The translations under genes were made by a program, and so were the position numbers. A stretch of DNA of 64,000 bases from Abditibacterium sp. (GTDB lineage: Bacteria; Armatimonadota; Abditibacteriia; Abditibacteriales; Abditibacteriaceae), in the NCBI GenBank assembly GCA_965199495.1, contig CBDASK010000003.1:3424001-3488000 (forward strand), written 5' to 3'. A model generated the notes under the pieces. That model did not search any database, had not been told where the DNA came from, and was given only the letters and a program-made list of their open reading frames with translations. Positions 19,449 through 29,452 of this stretch are shown here, piece after piece. Position 1 is the stretch's first letter. Every line of letters starts with the position of its first letter.

Positions 19449-20843
19449 ATGTCTAATCATCCCAAATCCGAAGTCGTCGTTCGCAACGTGAACGGCCTAA
19501 TTTCGACGCAAGCCCCGCGCGAACGCGCGCTGTTGGGCGAACTTATTCTCAGCGAGCGCCCGGTCAAGCCGGAACTCGCCAATCATATCGAGGAGGAAAC
19601 CCCAGCCGATAGCCTCGAAGAACTCGCCGGTTTAGCCGATGCTGCGGGCGCAACTGTCGTCGGCGAAGTCTCGCAAAAGCGCGCCCAACCCGACGGCGCC
19701 ACGCTGTTTGGTTCGGGCAAAGTCGAGGAAATCAAACAACTCATTGACGAGCAAAACATCGAAGTTTTCATCGTTGACCGCGACTTATCGCCCGCGCAGG
19801 GCCGCAACTTGGAAAAGAAACTCGAATGTCGCGTCATTGATCGCACCGAATTAATCCTCGATATTTTCGCGCGCCGCGCGCAAACCAAACAGGCCAAATT
19901 GCAAGTCGAATTGGCGCAGTTGCGCTATCAACTGCCGCGATTGAAACGGATGTGGAGCCATTTGGAGCGTCAGGGCGGCAACATTGGAATGCGCGGGCCG
20001 GGCGAAACCCAGCTCGAAACCGATAAATCGTTGGCGCGCGACCGTATTTCGATGCTCGAAAAACAGTTGGGCACGATTCGTCGCCAGAAAGACATCGAAC
20101 AGGCCGGACGCTCCGAATTCGATTTGGGCGCTCTGGTTGGCTACACCAACGTCGGCAAAAGCGCGCTTCTGAACGCGTTGTCGCGCCCGACCGGCGACGG
20201 CGTGTTGGAAGCCGATATGTTGTTCGCGACATTGGGAGCCACGACGCGCAAAGTCGAATTGGGCGGAGGTCGCACCGTTTTGATGTCCGACACTGTTGGA
20301 CTCGTGCGCCGTTTGCCGCACAATTTGGTCGAGAGTTTTCATTCGACTTTGGCCGAAGTCAAAAACGCCGATTTTCTGTTGTGGGCCGTCAACGCCGCCG
20401 ACCCGGAAATGGAAGACAAATTGCGCGCCGTGCGCGAAGTTCTGGACGAACTCGAAGTTTTAGACACGCCGCATTTGTTGGTTTTAAACCAGTGCGATTT
20501 ATTGGACGCCGAACGCCGCGCCGAACTGGCCCATCGCTATCCGGACGCGGTTTTTACTTCGGCTTTAACCGGCGAAGGTTTGAATGATTTAAAAGAAGCG
20601 ATTTTCCAATTGCTCGATGAACAGGCGCAAGACATCGCGCTGGAATTGCCCGCCGCCAGCGAAAAAACTGGCAAAATTTTGGCGCAAATCGCGCTGCACG
20701 GACGCATTTTAGGTCAAGATTGGAGCAATGAAGGCGACGGCACCAATCCGCTTTTATGCGTGCAAGCGCGTCTGGCCAAACGTTGGTGGGAACTGGCGGG
20801 CGTCGAGCCATATTTGCAAAATGTGGGAGTGGGCGCACGCTGA
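19449..20843 (+). CDS. hflX: GTPase HflX
   Basis: IDRTELILDIFARRA, LQVELAQLRY, GPGETQLE, GYTNVGKS, LFATL, DTVG. Confidence 0.96.
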   Translation: MSNHPKSEVVVRNVNGLISTQAPRERALLGELILSERPVKPELANHIEEETPADSLEELAGLADAAGATVVGEVSQKRAQPDGATLFGSGKVEEIKQLIDEQNIEVFIVDRDLSPAQGRNLEKKLECRVIDRTELILDIFARRAQTKQAKLQVELAQLRYQLPRLKRMWSHLERQGGNIGMRGPGETQLETDKSLARDRISMLEKQLGTIRRQKDIEQAGRSEFDLGALVGYTNVGKSALLNALSRPTGDGVLEADMLFATLGATTRKVELGGGRTVLMSDTVGLVRRLPHNLVESFHSTLAEVKNADFLLWAVNAADPEMEDKLRAVREVLDELEVLDTPHLLVLNQCDLLDAERRAELAHRYPDAVFTSALTGEGLNDLKEAIFQLLDEQAQDIALELPAASEKTGKILAQIALHGRILGQDWSNEGDGTNPLLCVQARLAKRWWELAGVEPYLQNVGVGAR

Positions 20844-20858
20844 ATTTAAATCAACCAA

Positions 20859-20888
20859 GGCGCCGTGGCTGCATGCAGCCACGGCGCC
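20859..20888. terminator. 30-bp perfect palindrome made of two inverted GCAGCCACG motifs; candidate terminator between convergent genes
   Basis: GGCGCCGTGGCTGCA|TGCAGCCACGGCGCC. Confidence 0.7.
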
Positions 20889-20893
20889 CCAAT

Positions 20894-22174
20894 TTAAATC
20901 TCGAACAACGCAAGTGACGCGAAACTGACGACGATGTTTTGGTCGCGATGGTACGCCTGATCGTAATCCAACAATTGCCCGCGCAGGTCGGGAAACGCCG
21001 CCATCAGCGTGTAAAGCGCCGGATGCGCGTCCACGTTGAAACGATTCTGGTCGCGCGCGAAATGCTGATGCAAATTGGCGCGGTCGCCCGCTTCGATTGA
21101 AGCGCACCAATTTCTGTCTTCGCGCGCGATTTCGCGCAGTTTTTCGGGCGTCAAAGTCGTGTCGTCGCCGAATTGCGTGCCGACGTGCGCGCCATCAACC
21201 GACGCGATAAACCCAATTTTGCGGCCCGCGTTTTCGTGTTGCTCCGTGACTTCGCGTAGCGCTTCGATGAAAGCAGCCACGCCGTCATCGGCGGTTTCGG
21301 GTGCATTTCCGGTTCGTAGACTTTCCCAGAAGCCGCCGCACAAAATCGGCACGATTTGGGCGTTATTTAGTTCGGCAAAGTGCTGGCACATGACCGCCGA
21401 AAATTCGATGGAATGTTCGTCTTTGTGAACGAAATTTTCGCTCAACAATTGCGGCCCGACGCGCGCGGCTAAATCCCCGACGAATTCGTGGTCGCATCGC
21501 ATGGTACCAAGCGGCGTTTGAAAATCTTTGTCGAGCGCGCAAAACGGGTAGCGCACGCCCGCGTGCGCGATGCCGAAAACGACGAGCGTGTCGAACGGTT
21601 TGCCGGTCGCGCGCACGTTTTCGATGAGCGGCGCGTAGGACGCCGCTTCGACGTGGCCGCCGCGATGAAAATCAATGTGCGGCGTCACGATGCCGCGCAC
21701 CTTTTCCGCTTCGTAAGCGCGCGCGGGCAAACGCGCTTCGCCGGTTGCAAGTTTGGCTTCCAAAAACGTGTTCAATTCGGCGGCCTTGGCCGGATACGAC
21801 CGCCCGGCAAACGCCGCCGGACGCGCTCTGGAATTTGTCCAATCGCTTTCGCGCGCGTCACGCTGCACGGCGAAACGCGGCGAATCGAGCAGCAAATTTT
21901 CGTCGAGTTCGTCGAGCAAACTTTCGATCCAATCGTCGGGCAAATCGGGATTGGCGCGGCGCACTAATTCGCCGATTTGCTCGGCGCTGTGCGTACCGTC
22001 GAGCAACATGAGCAAAGGCGCCAATCCGGCGTCCAACGCCAAATCGGGCGCGTAACCGGCGCGGTCGTGGAAAACCAAAAGTTCTTCGCCCGGTTCGTCG
22101 GGCGAGGGTACGCGCGAAATATCGAGGCGGCGCAAACGTGGGTTCATCGCGTCAAAGTTTAGACGGTTGGCCAT
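20894..22174 (-). CDS. AmmeMemoRadiSam system protein B (MEMO1 family) with N-terminal extension
   Basis: RPAAFAGRSYP, PHID, FQTPLG, EHSIEF, SVDGAHVG motifs. Confidence 0.9.
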   Translation of the reverse strand: MANRLNFDAMNPRLRRLDISRVPSPDEPGEELLVFHDRAGYAPDLALDAGLAPLLMLLDGTHSAEQIGELVRRANPDLPDDWIESLLDELDENLLLDSPRFAVQRDARESDWTNSRARPAAFAGRSYPAKAAELNTFLEAKLATGEARLPARAYEAEKVRGIVTPHIDFHRGGHVEAASYAPLIENVRATGKPFDTLVVFGIAHAGVRYPFCALDKDFQTPLGTMRCDHEFVGDLAARVGPQLLSENFVHKDEHSIEFSAVMCQHFAELNNAQIVPILCGGFWESLRTGNAPETADDGVAAFIEALREVTEQHENAGRKIGFIASVDGAHVGTQFGDDTTLTPEKLREIAREDRNWCASIEAGDRANLHQHFARDQNRFNVDAHPALYTLMAAFPDLRGQLLDYDQAYHRDQNIVVSFASLALFEI

Positions 22175-22453
22175 TCAACCTGCGTCGTGCGCGAGCAACA
22201 CGCTCTCGCACGAAATCTCGCTCGCCATCAATTGTTCTGCTTCGGTTTTGGAAATACTCAATCGCTTGTATCGGCCCGTCAACTCACCGGAAATATAGCC
22301 TAAAACGTAGGTTTCGTCTTTGAGGTAAACCGACCAATACGGCCCGCGAAACAGTTCGTTGGGTTCAAGCGGCGACGGCACAAAAGGCGGCGCAGATTTA
22401 ATCGTGTAAAAAGGATTGTCGTCCATATCAGAATGGATGTCGGCGCTCCACAT
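22175..22453 (-). CDS. small hypothetical protein
   Basis: Fills the gap between co-oriented genes and abuts the MEMO start; true start may be 22426. Confidence 0.55.
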   Translation of the reverse strand: MWSADIHSDMDDNPFYTIKSAPPFVPSPLEPNELFRGPYWSVYLKDETYVLGYISGELTGRYKRLSISKTEAEQLMASEISCESVLLAHDAG

Positions 22454-22462
22454 CGCGTTGCC

Positions 22463-23708
22463 TTATCTTTTTCGCAAAATCACGACGCGATTAGAATTGG
22501 TGCCACGCGCGCCGTTGGTCACGCCCCACAAATGCGCGGTTTTGGTAAATTCCTGCGCATTAACGACAATGCACTCGATTTCAAACCCGACAGTTGCGCC
22601 GATTTGAACGGCTTCGATTTCCAATCGCACTTTCTTTGCGGCGACTTCGCCGACTTCAAAACAGAGCGCGCCGCCCGGTTTTAAAACACGATGCCATTCG
22701 ACAAACGCGCGCTGCATCCAGGCGCGCCATTGATTTAAGTCGCGCGTTTGCCATAAATTTAGCGGCTCCAAATCGCGTCCACAAAACCACGCGCGCAACC
22801 AATTATCGAGTTTGTAATCCACGACATCCAGAAACGGCGGCGAGGTGACGATCAGATCAACCGATTCGTTTGATGCAGCCACATCGTCTGCCGCGCCCGT
22901 CCAAATGCGATGATTCAGGCCAAAATCACAAAAGTCGTCGCGCAACAATTGCCGCGATTTGCGCGCGATGAGTTTGCGCGTGTCGCGGTAAGTCGGAGTT
23001 TGCGCGCGCTTCTCGTTAATCTTTTGCTGCGATTGGAGCGCAACCGCTTGATTAGGCGGCATCGTGTAAACCGAGAAAAAGCCGGGCGAATGTCCAGTCA
23101 GACGATTGGCCGCCACCATTTCGAGCCACGCATCAACGTTGTCGAAATCGTCTGTTAAACGTCGCAAGTTGAAATAACGCCGCCACGCTTCGAGTTCTTG
23201 GAGAGTTTGGCGCTCGAAGAAAACCAGCAGTTCTTCGTTTTGCAGCGGCGCGATTGGCAATTCGATTTCGCGTAACCGTGCCTCGATTTGCGCCAACTTC
23301 GGTGGCCTCACGCGCGGCGTGGCTAATGTTTGCGCGACCGGATTCAAATCGCTGCCCAGCGCGCGACGTCCCAAAAGCGCCGCTTCAATCGGCGTCGTGC
23401 CGCGTCCCATTGAACGGATCGAAAACCGTGTCGCCGGGCATGGTTAGTCGTTCGATAAAAAAGCGCGGCACCTGCGGTTTAAAACACGCGCGATACGAAA
23501 CTTCGTGCAACAAATGGCACGCGCGCTGACGTGAAGTCCAAAACTCGTTGATGTAAACCGCGACTTGTCCGCCGTCGAACTCCCAATTTTCATATTGCGT
23601 CGGCGTGCCGAACTCGTTGAAGTCACGCAATTGTGCATGGAAATCGTCCCAACTCTGGCAAGTCTGAATTGGCGCGAGTTCGATATCAGGAAATAAGGAG
23701 GCTTGCAT
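22463..23708 (-). pseudogene. DNA methyltransferase (amino-MTase, SPPF motif IV), +1 frameshift in motif I
   Basis: Coding strand reads GAT CCG TTC A ATG GGA CGC near 23411, splitting DPF-MGRGTT; DLIVTSPPF and RVLKPGG follow. Confidence 0.85.
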
Positions 23709-23723
23709 GGGTCGAATCCCCAA

Positions 23724-24767
23724 CTACTCATCTTCAAAAGGCGATGAGTCCTCTATCATCTGGAATCTCAAGCGGCGAGGAGAATCCATTACTTCGTTAA
23801 TCTTCTCTTCAAATGGCAATCGTTTAGTTGCTTCTGTGGCCTTTGCACAATGGAACTCTTTGGTAAATCCGAGAATAATTTCATCTTCAGTTAAGGCAAG
23901 AGGCTGAGCGTCATGAAGATACGCCGCAGCCGCTACACCTATCTTTTTCCTAATCCTCATAATTACTGCTGGCCACAATTCTACCAAATCGTCAAAATTA
24001 TGGATCCTCCTGGGCTTGTGATGCAATTGAGCGGGATTATTTTCTGAGAACGGATCGGAATCAGAAGGTGAGGAATCTTCTGGTTTAGTAGTAGCGAATG
24101 GCGGACTCAAGACATTCGATTGCTTTGAGATCGGGGAGAAATCTCTGCTCGCTTTCGGTCGTCCTTGTGCTACTTCCACAACTTTACGAAGCGCTGAAAT
24201 CTCACCACCTTGAACGCGCAGAAGTTCTAACGCCTCCTGTAACATCTCGTCAGACGAGCGCGCTGGCGCTGGATTTTGAATTGGTAACTCAGTCGCCTCT
24301 TGTAATTTACTTTCCAATTCCGGCCAACAACGCTCGAAATTACGATTTAGTCGCTCATCCGAAAGTGGTTTCTCCTCATGGTTTGCGAGACATCCATTGA
24401 TGCTTTGAAGTAACTTGAAAACTTCGTCACGATCAACAGAAGTATGTTGAAACATAGCGAGAGGAAATTCTACTTCTGCGGGCTTTATATCCAACAGAAA
24501 AGTTTAAGTGTGGGCGACGCGCGCCTTTGCCAATGCTCCCGCTTCGAAATGCAGCCATTTGGAATCGAGATTATCTTGAGTTAAGCAAAGAATACCGATA
24601 GGCGCTTGTTCTAAGCCGGACATGATTTCATCTGCCCATCGTTTGCCCTTCTCAATTTCCGTAGACATCCAAGGCTCAACGGCTTGCACAACATCGCCTA
24701 ACCAATTGGTTAGAGCTTCTGCGACTCTCCTGCTTCGTGGCCCAGACCAAGAAATAAAAACTTGCAT
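23724..24767 (-). pseudogene. TIR-domain protein with in-frame TAA at 24504-24506 and a DnaX/tau-like C-terminal domain
   Basis: VFISWSG...WLHFEAGAL TIR motifs; reading CAC ACT TAA ACT TTT CTG TTG GAT keeps the frame into the 256 aa ORF. Confidence 0.85.
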
Positions 24768-24775
24768 AATAATTT

Positions 24776-24810
24776 GAAAGCGCCGCCCAAAAATTTTGGG
24801 CGGCGCTTTC
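24776..24810 (-). terminator. intrinsic terminator after aspS
   Basis: gaaagcgccgcccaaaa...ttttgggcggcgctttc. Confidence 0.75.
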
Positions 24811-24814
24811 GAGT

Positions 24815-26632
24815 TTACTCATCTTCCTCGCGCGGCAATTCCGCCAAGCCCATCTCCGCCCAACGCTCGACAGGAATATAAGTCGGCGCGCCCGTCAGAG
24901 GGTCTTGGCCACCGCTCGTTTTGGGAAACGGAATTACTTCGCGGATGTTGCCGTCGGCGATGCCTGCCAGCAAAGCCACGACGCGGTCGAAACCGGGCGC
25001 GATGCCGCCGTGTGGCGGCGCGCCGTATTCAAACGCATCGAGCATAAATCCGAAACGTTCCTGCGCGATTTCCATTGGCAAACCGATAACATCGAAGATT
25101 TGCTGCTGAATGTCGCGGCGATGGCAACGAATCGAACCGCTCGCCAACTCGAAACCGTTGAGAACTAAATCGTAAAGCCACGCGCGAATCAAAGCGTGCG
25201 GGTGCAGCGAGTCGCCTTTGGATAGGTTTGTGGTGAAACCCTCGGCGAGCAAATGCATATCTTCCGGGTTGGGCAGGCAAAACGGATGATGCGCGGCGTC
25301 GAAAGTGCCGGATGACGCGTCGTATTCAAACATCGGCGTATCCACGATCCACAGAAAATTGAATTTGTCGCGCGGAATCAAATCCAATCGCTGCGCCATT
25401 TCGCGGCGCAAAAAGTCGAGCGATTGCGCGACAACGCTCGGTTTATCGGCGACGACCAACACTAAATCGCCCGGCCCGGCGTTCATGCGCTCGAAAATGC
25501 CGTTCATCTGATCTTCGGTGAAAAACTTGGCGACGTTCGATTTAATTTCACTTTCGCCCTTAGCAAACGTGGCCAATCCGCGCGCACCGAAACGTTTGAC
25601 GAGTTCGGTCAATGCGTCCACTTCCTTGCGCGAATAAGCAGCCACGCCGGGCGCGCAGATCGCTTTGACCTGTCCGCCCGTGGCGAGGGCGTTGGTGAAA
25701 ACTTTGAATTGCGAATCGGCAACGATGTCGCTGATGTCGGTCAACTCCATGCCAAAACGCGTGTCGGGTTTATCGGTGCCAAAACGTCGCATCGATTCGG
25801 CGTAGGGCATCCGCTCGAACGGAAGCGAAATGTCGATGTTTTTCACCGATTTCATCAAATGCGCGAAGAGTTTCTCGGTGAGTTCGAGAATATCGTCTTG
25901 CACGACGAAACTCATCTCGATGTCGATCTGGGTGAATTCGGGTTGGCGGTCGGCGCGCGCGCTTTCGTCGCGGAAACAGCGCGCGATTTGGAAATACTTC
26001 TCGATGCCGCCAACCATCAACAACTGCTTGGCGATTTGTGGCGATTGCGGCAACACGAACGCTTTGCCGACCGGCTGGCGAACAGGCACGACATATTCGC
26101 GCGCGCCTTCGGGCGTGGATTTCCATAGCAATGGCGTCTCGACTTCCCAGAAACCTTCGGCGTCCAAGAAATTGCGCGTCTCGCGCGACAGGCGATAACG
26201 CATTTCCAAAATATCGCGCACCGGCGCGCGGCGCATATCGAGATAGCGATATTGCAAACGCACGTCTTCCGAAGCGCGCGTGTCGGGCGTCAATTCAAAC
26301 GGCAGCGGCTTGGATGTGTTGAGAATAATCACTTCGTCAACGCGCACTTCGATTTGGCCGGTGGGAAGTTTGGGATTCTCTTTGCCCGCGACGCGCGCCA
26401 CGACTTCGCCGGTGATTTGCAGACAAAACTCGGATTTGACTTGCGCCAGAACATCGTAGATTTCGGCGTTGATTTCGCGGTCGGCGACGATTTGCACCAA
26501 ACCGGAACGGTCGCGCAGGTCAATGAAGCATTGATACGATTGGTCGCGGACGGTGGAAGACCAACCGCAAAGAGTGACGGTTTGGCCGATATTTTCGGGG
26601 CGAAGTTCGCCGCAATGATGGGTGCGTTGCAT
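24815..26632 (-). CDS. aspS: aspartate--tRNA ligase
   Basis: RTHHCGEL, YRYLDMR, STPEGAR, LPQSPQ, CFRDE, RQPEFTQIDIE, GAPPHGG. Confidence 0.97.
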   Translation of the reverse strand: MQRTHHCGELRPENIGQTVTLCGWSSTVRDQSYQCFIDLRDRSGLVQIVADREINAEIYDVLAQVKSEFCLQITGEVVARVAGKENPKLPTGQIEVRVDEVIILNTSKPLPFELTPDTRASEDVRLQYRYLDMRRAPVRDILEMRYRLSRETRNFLDAEGFWEVETPLLWKSTPEGAREYVVPVRQPVGKAFVLPQSPQIAKQLLMVGGIEKYFQIARCFRDESARADRQPEFTQIDIEMSFVVQDDILELTEKLFAHLMKSVKNIDISLPFERMPYAESMRRFGTDKPDTRFGMELTDISDIVADSQFKVFTNALATGGQVKAICAPGVAAYSRKEVDALTELVKRFGARGLATFAKGESEIKSNVAKFFTEDQMNGIFERMNAGPGDLVLVVADKPSVVAQSLDFLRREMAQRLDLIPRDKFNFLWIVDTPMFEYDASSGTFDAAHHPFCLPNPEDMHLLAEGFTTNLSKGDSLHPHALIRAWLYDLVLNGFELASGSIRCHRRDIQQQIFDVIGLPMEIAQERFGFMLDAFEYGAPPHGGIAPGFDRVVALLAGIADGNIREVIPFPKTSGGQDPLTGAPTYIPVERWAEMGLAELPREEDE

Positions 26633-26687
26633 GATACTTAAATGAGAGCTTGGAAAGTATAACGATGGGAATTTTACGGGTTGCGAT

Positions 26688-27599
26688 ATGAAACGATTTT
26701 CCGCGCGCGAGTTCGCGCTATTGTGCGTGCCGGTGGCTGTTGTTGCGGGCGCGGGTTGGTGGGCGGCGCGTCGCCCAAAGCCTGAACCTTATATCGCGCC
26801 GAAATTCTCGCTGAGTTATGAACCTCCGTCGTCGCTCAAAGCGTTCGAGGGCGCCAGAACTGTGATCGTCGCCAAATTGAGTAAGGATTCGCAGGGCAAT
26901 CCCTATATGTTAGACGGTTTGAAAAGTCCCAAATTTTGGCTCGATGTTACCACGCCGCAGGGCATTAAGAGTTGGCGCACCGATGGAACCGGCACTTTTC
27001 AAATCAAAGGTGCTTCTGCGATGAATGGCGCAAACCAGTGGTATTACATCTATCTGACTCAATTGCCCGCTGGCGATTTGACTTTTGGTGTCAGTGGAAC
27101 GGCTGTGAGTTCGTCTTTTCCAAGTTCAGCCCAACCGCATTGGATCAAACAGAAATTGCCCGTAGATAAAACCAAACTGCAAGAATTCGATTTCTCGTTG
27201 CCACGCGCGCCGCTTATCAAACTAAAATCCGCGACGATTTCACAAATCACCCGGCCAATCAGAGCGATCATTCAATTGACTTTCGTTTTGCAGGGCACAA
27301 AGAAAGCAGAAGAAATTGCTGTTCAAACAGATTTGAAAGAATCACATGGCTACGTCCTTTCCAGTTCGATGCAGTTGGATTCAAACGTGCCCCGAAGCCT
27401 CATCGTTGAACCAGATGTTGCTGATGCCAACGGTTTGACCGAGAAAATTGAATTGACCGGACGCATCAGCGCCGATAATCGTTGGCCGCTCGCTTTTAAA
27501 ATCGAGCCGTTCGATTTCAAAAACATTAAAGTTGGTCAAAAACTCAAATTCAAATCGTGGCCCGCGCCGCTTCCATCTGGCGTTGTGTTGAAGAAGTAA
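26688..27599 (+). CDS. lineage-specific membrane-anchored protein, distant member of the RFxARE family
   Basis: MKRFSAREFALL... anchor and GRISADNRWPLAFKI C-terminal motif. Confidence 0.8.
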   Translation: MKRFSAREFALLCVPVAVVAGAGWWAARRPKPEPYIAPKFSLSYEPPSSLKAFEGARTVIVAKLSKDSQGNPYMLDGLKSPKFWLDVTTPQGIKSWRTDGTGTFQIKGASAMNGANQWYYIYLTQLPAGDLTFGVSGTAVSSSFPSSAQPHWIKQKLPVDKTKLQEFDFSLPRAPLIKLKSATISQITRPIRAIIQLTFVLQGTKKAEEIAVQTDLKESHGYVLSSSMQLDSNVPRSLIVEPDVADANGLTEKIELTGRISADNRWPLAFKIEPFDFKNIKVGQKLKFKSWPAPLPSGVVLKK

Positions 27600-27725
27600 A
27601 CCTAATTTAGAACCGCGTTTTAATCGCTGGTTTCAGGTAACTTTAAGGTTTAACACGCTATTTTTTGTCAATTTTTAAACCCTGTGTCAATTCTCGCGTC
27701 GAATCGGGCGCTTGGAGAATGACAC

Positions 27726-28853
27726 ATGATTCAACCTAACTTTCACAGCAACGATGGCGCGACCGGTGTTTTTGCGGGTGTTCCTGCGATGTCAATGCCG
27801 ACTTTGATGCCGCTGGGCGAAGGCTTGCTCTTTTTACGTTTCGAGAGTCTGAGCGCGATTCGATTGGCCGTGGCTGCATTGAAGAGCGCGCGGTTTGAAT
27901 TGCAACGCAGTGGCGAAGTTTTGTCGGTTCGCGTTGCGCGAACTGATATCGAGCGCTTGACGCAAACGTTGGCGGGTTGCTTGAGTTTGGTCGAGCAGGG
28001 CGCGATTCGCGTGATCTGGGAAGCCGTTGGTCGCGCGCTTTCGATTCGCGATTGCTTCGATGTGCAGACGCTACGCGAGTGGCTGGCGCGCGCGCAGTCC
28101 GGTTGGTTTTTGCAGATGATGCGCGACGACAAGTTCGAGGCGCATTTTCAGCCGATTGTTTCCGTGCGTAATCCCGGCGAAATTTTCGGTTACGAAAGTT
28201 TGTTGCGCGGCGTCTCCGAGCAGGGTTTAATCGCGCCGCTCTCGCTTTTTGAAGTCGCGGGCGGTTTACAGATGCGCGGCGCTCTCGATGGCAAGGCGCG
28301 CCAGAACGCGATTTGCCGGGCCGGTTCGCTGAACATGAAAGAACGTTTGTTCATTAATTGTCTGCCCTCGGCTTTGGACGACGCGCCCGCCGCGTTGCGC
28401 GCGACGTTGAACATCGTGGAAGACGCCGGTTTGAAACACGAGCAGATCGTGTTGGAAATTGTCGAAAGCGAACGCATCGAAGACGCCAAGGCTTTGCGCG
28501 CGGGTTTGGAACTGTTCCGGCGCGCGGGCATCGGCATCGCACTGGACGACTTGGGCGCGGGTTACGCGTCGCTGCATTTATTGGAAAGGTTGCGCCCCGA
28601 TTACGTCAAGCTCGACCGCGAGTTGATTGGTGGCGTGGATAAAGACGGATTCAAAGCCGTCATCGCGCACAAGTTGTTGGAAACCGCGCATGGTTTGAAT
28701 ATCGTCACCGTCGCCGAGGGCGTCGAAACGGCGGACGAATGGGATTGGTTGCGCGCTCACGGCGGCCAGTTGGCGCAGGGTTATTTCTTCGCGCGACCAG
28801 CAGCCACGTTGCCTTTGCCAGCGCAATGGATGAACGCGATTTCGTTGAATTAA
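27726..28853 (+). CDS. EAL-domain c-di-GMP phosphodiesterase
   Basis: FQPIV, YESLLR, FIN, LEIVE, LDDLGAGYASL, KLD, AEGVE, QGYFFARP. Confidence 0.93.
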   Translation: MIQPNFHSNDGATGVFAGVPAMSMPTLMPLGEGLLFLRFESLSAIRLAVAALKSARFELQRSGEVLSVRVARTDIERLTQTLAGCLSLVEQGAIRVIWEAVGRALSIRDCFDVQTLREWLARAQSGWFLQMMRDDKFEAHFQPIVSVRNPGEIFGYESLLRGVSEQGLIAPLSLFEVAGGLQMRGALDGKARQNAICRAGSLNMKERLFINCLPSALDDAPAALRATLNIVEDAGLKHEQIVLEIVESERIEDAKALRAGLELFRRAGIGIALDDLGAGYASLHLLERLRPDYVKLDRELIGGVDKDGFKAVIAHKLLETAHGLNIVTVAEGVETADEWDWLRAHGGQLAQGYFFARPAATLPLPAQWMNAISLN

Positions 28854-28904
28854 TTGGCGTTTTCGCGCGCAACGCGGAAACTGTAACGCAAGTTTTTCAT
28901 TCCC

Positions 28905-29452
28905 ATGTCGCGCCGCGTTTTTCTCGCTTTATTTCTGTGCGCCCTCGTTTCGCCCGCGCCCGCGCAAACTTTGCATCGCGAATTCGCCCAAGCCGACGCC
29001 GCGTGGGACAAGCGCGATTATGCGGCGGCGGAAGCGCATTTTAATAGCGCGCTTAAGTGGGTTGGCGATGATGAAAACGCTGAAGCGCACGCCTATTTTG
29101 GACGTGGCGCGATGCGTTTGCAGCAAAAAAGTGGTCGAGCGCGCGCGACGATTTGACGCGTTCGATTGATCTCAATCCCAATAATCCCGAAGCGTTCGCT
29201 TCGCGCGGCATGGCGCGCAAAGCGCTGGGCGATTACACCGGTTTGCTCGCCGATGCGCATCGCGCCGCGCAACTTGACGCGGATTATGTGGGCTTTGAAG
29301 ACGACGCGAAATCCACCGTCAACTGGAAGCGCGCGATGCTGGGCTTTCTCGTTTTGGCCTTCATTTTGGGAGCCGTGGGAGTCGTGCCGATGATGCGCAG
29401 TTTTGCGCACATTATCAAAGCCGAATCACAGGCGCGCGCGAAAGAGGGATGA
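28905..29452 (+). pseudogene. secreted/membrane TPR protein, frameshifted at an A6 run (~29125-29130)
   Basis: AYFGRGAMRLQQK continues as WSSARDDLTRSIDLNPNNPEAFASRG in another frame. Confidence 0.75.

Noticed and set aside
20894..22174. Complete AmmeMemoRadiSam system
   Set aside because: Only the MEMO-like component is present; AMMECR1 and radical SAM partners are not in the window.
24504..24506. Programmed recoding (Sec/Pyl) or an alternative genetic code at the TIR stop
   Set aside because: The codon is TAA, which ends many normal genes here; Sec uses TGA and Pyl uses TAG.
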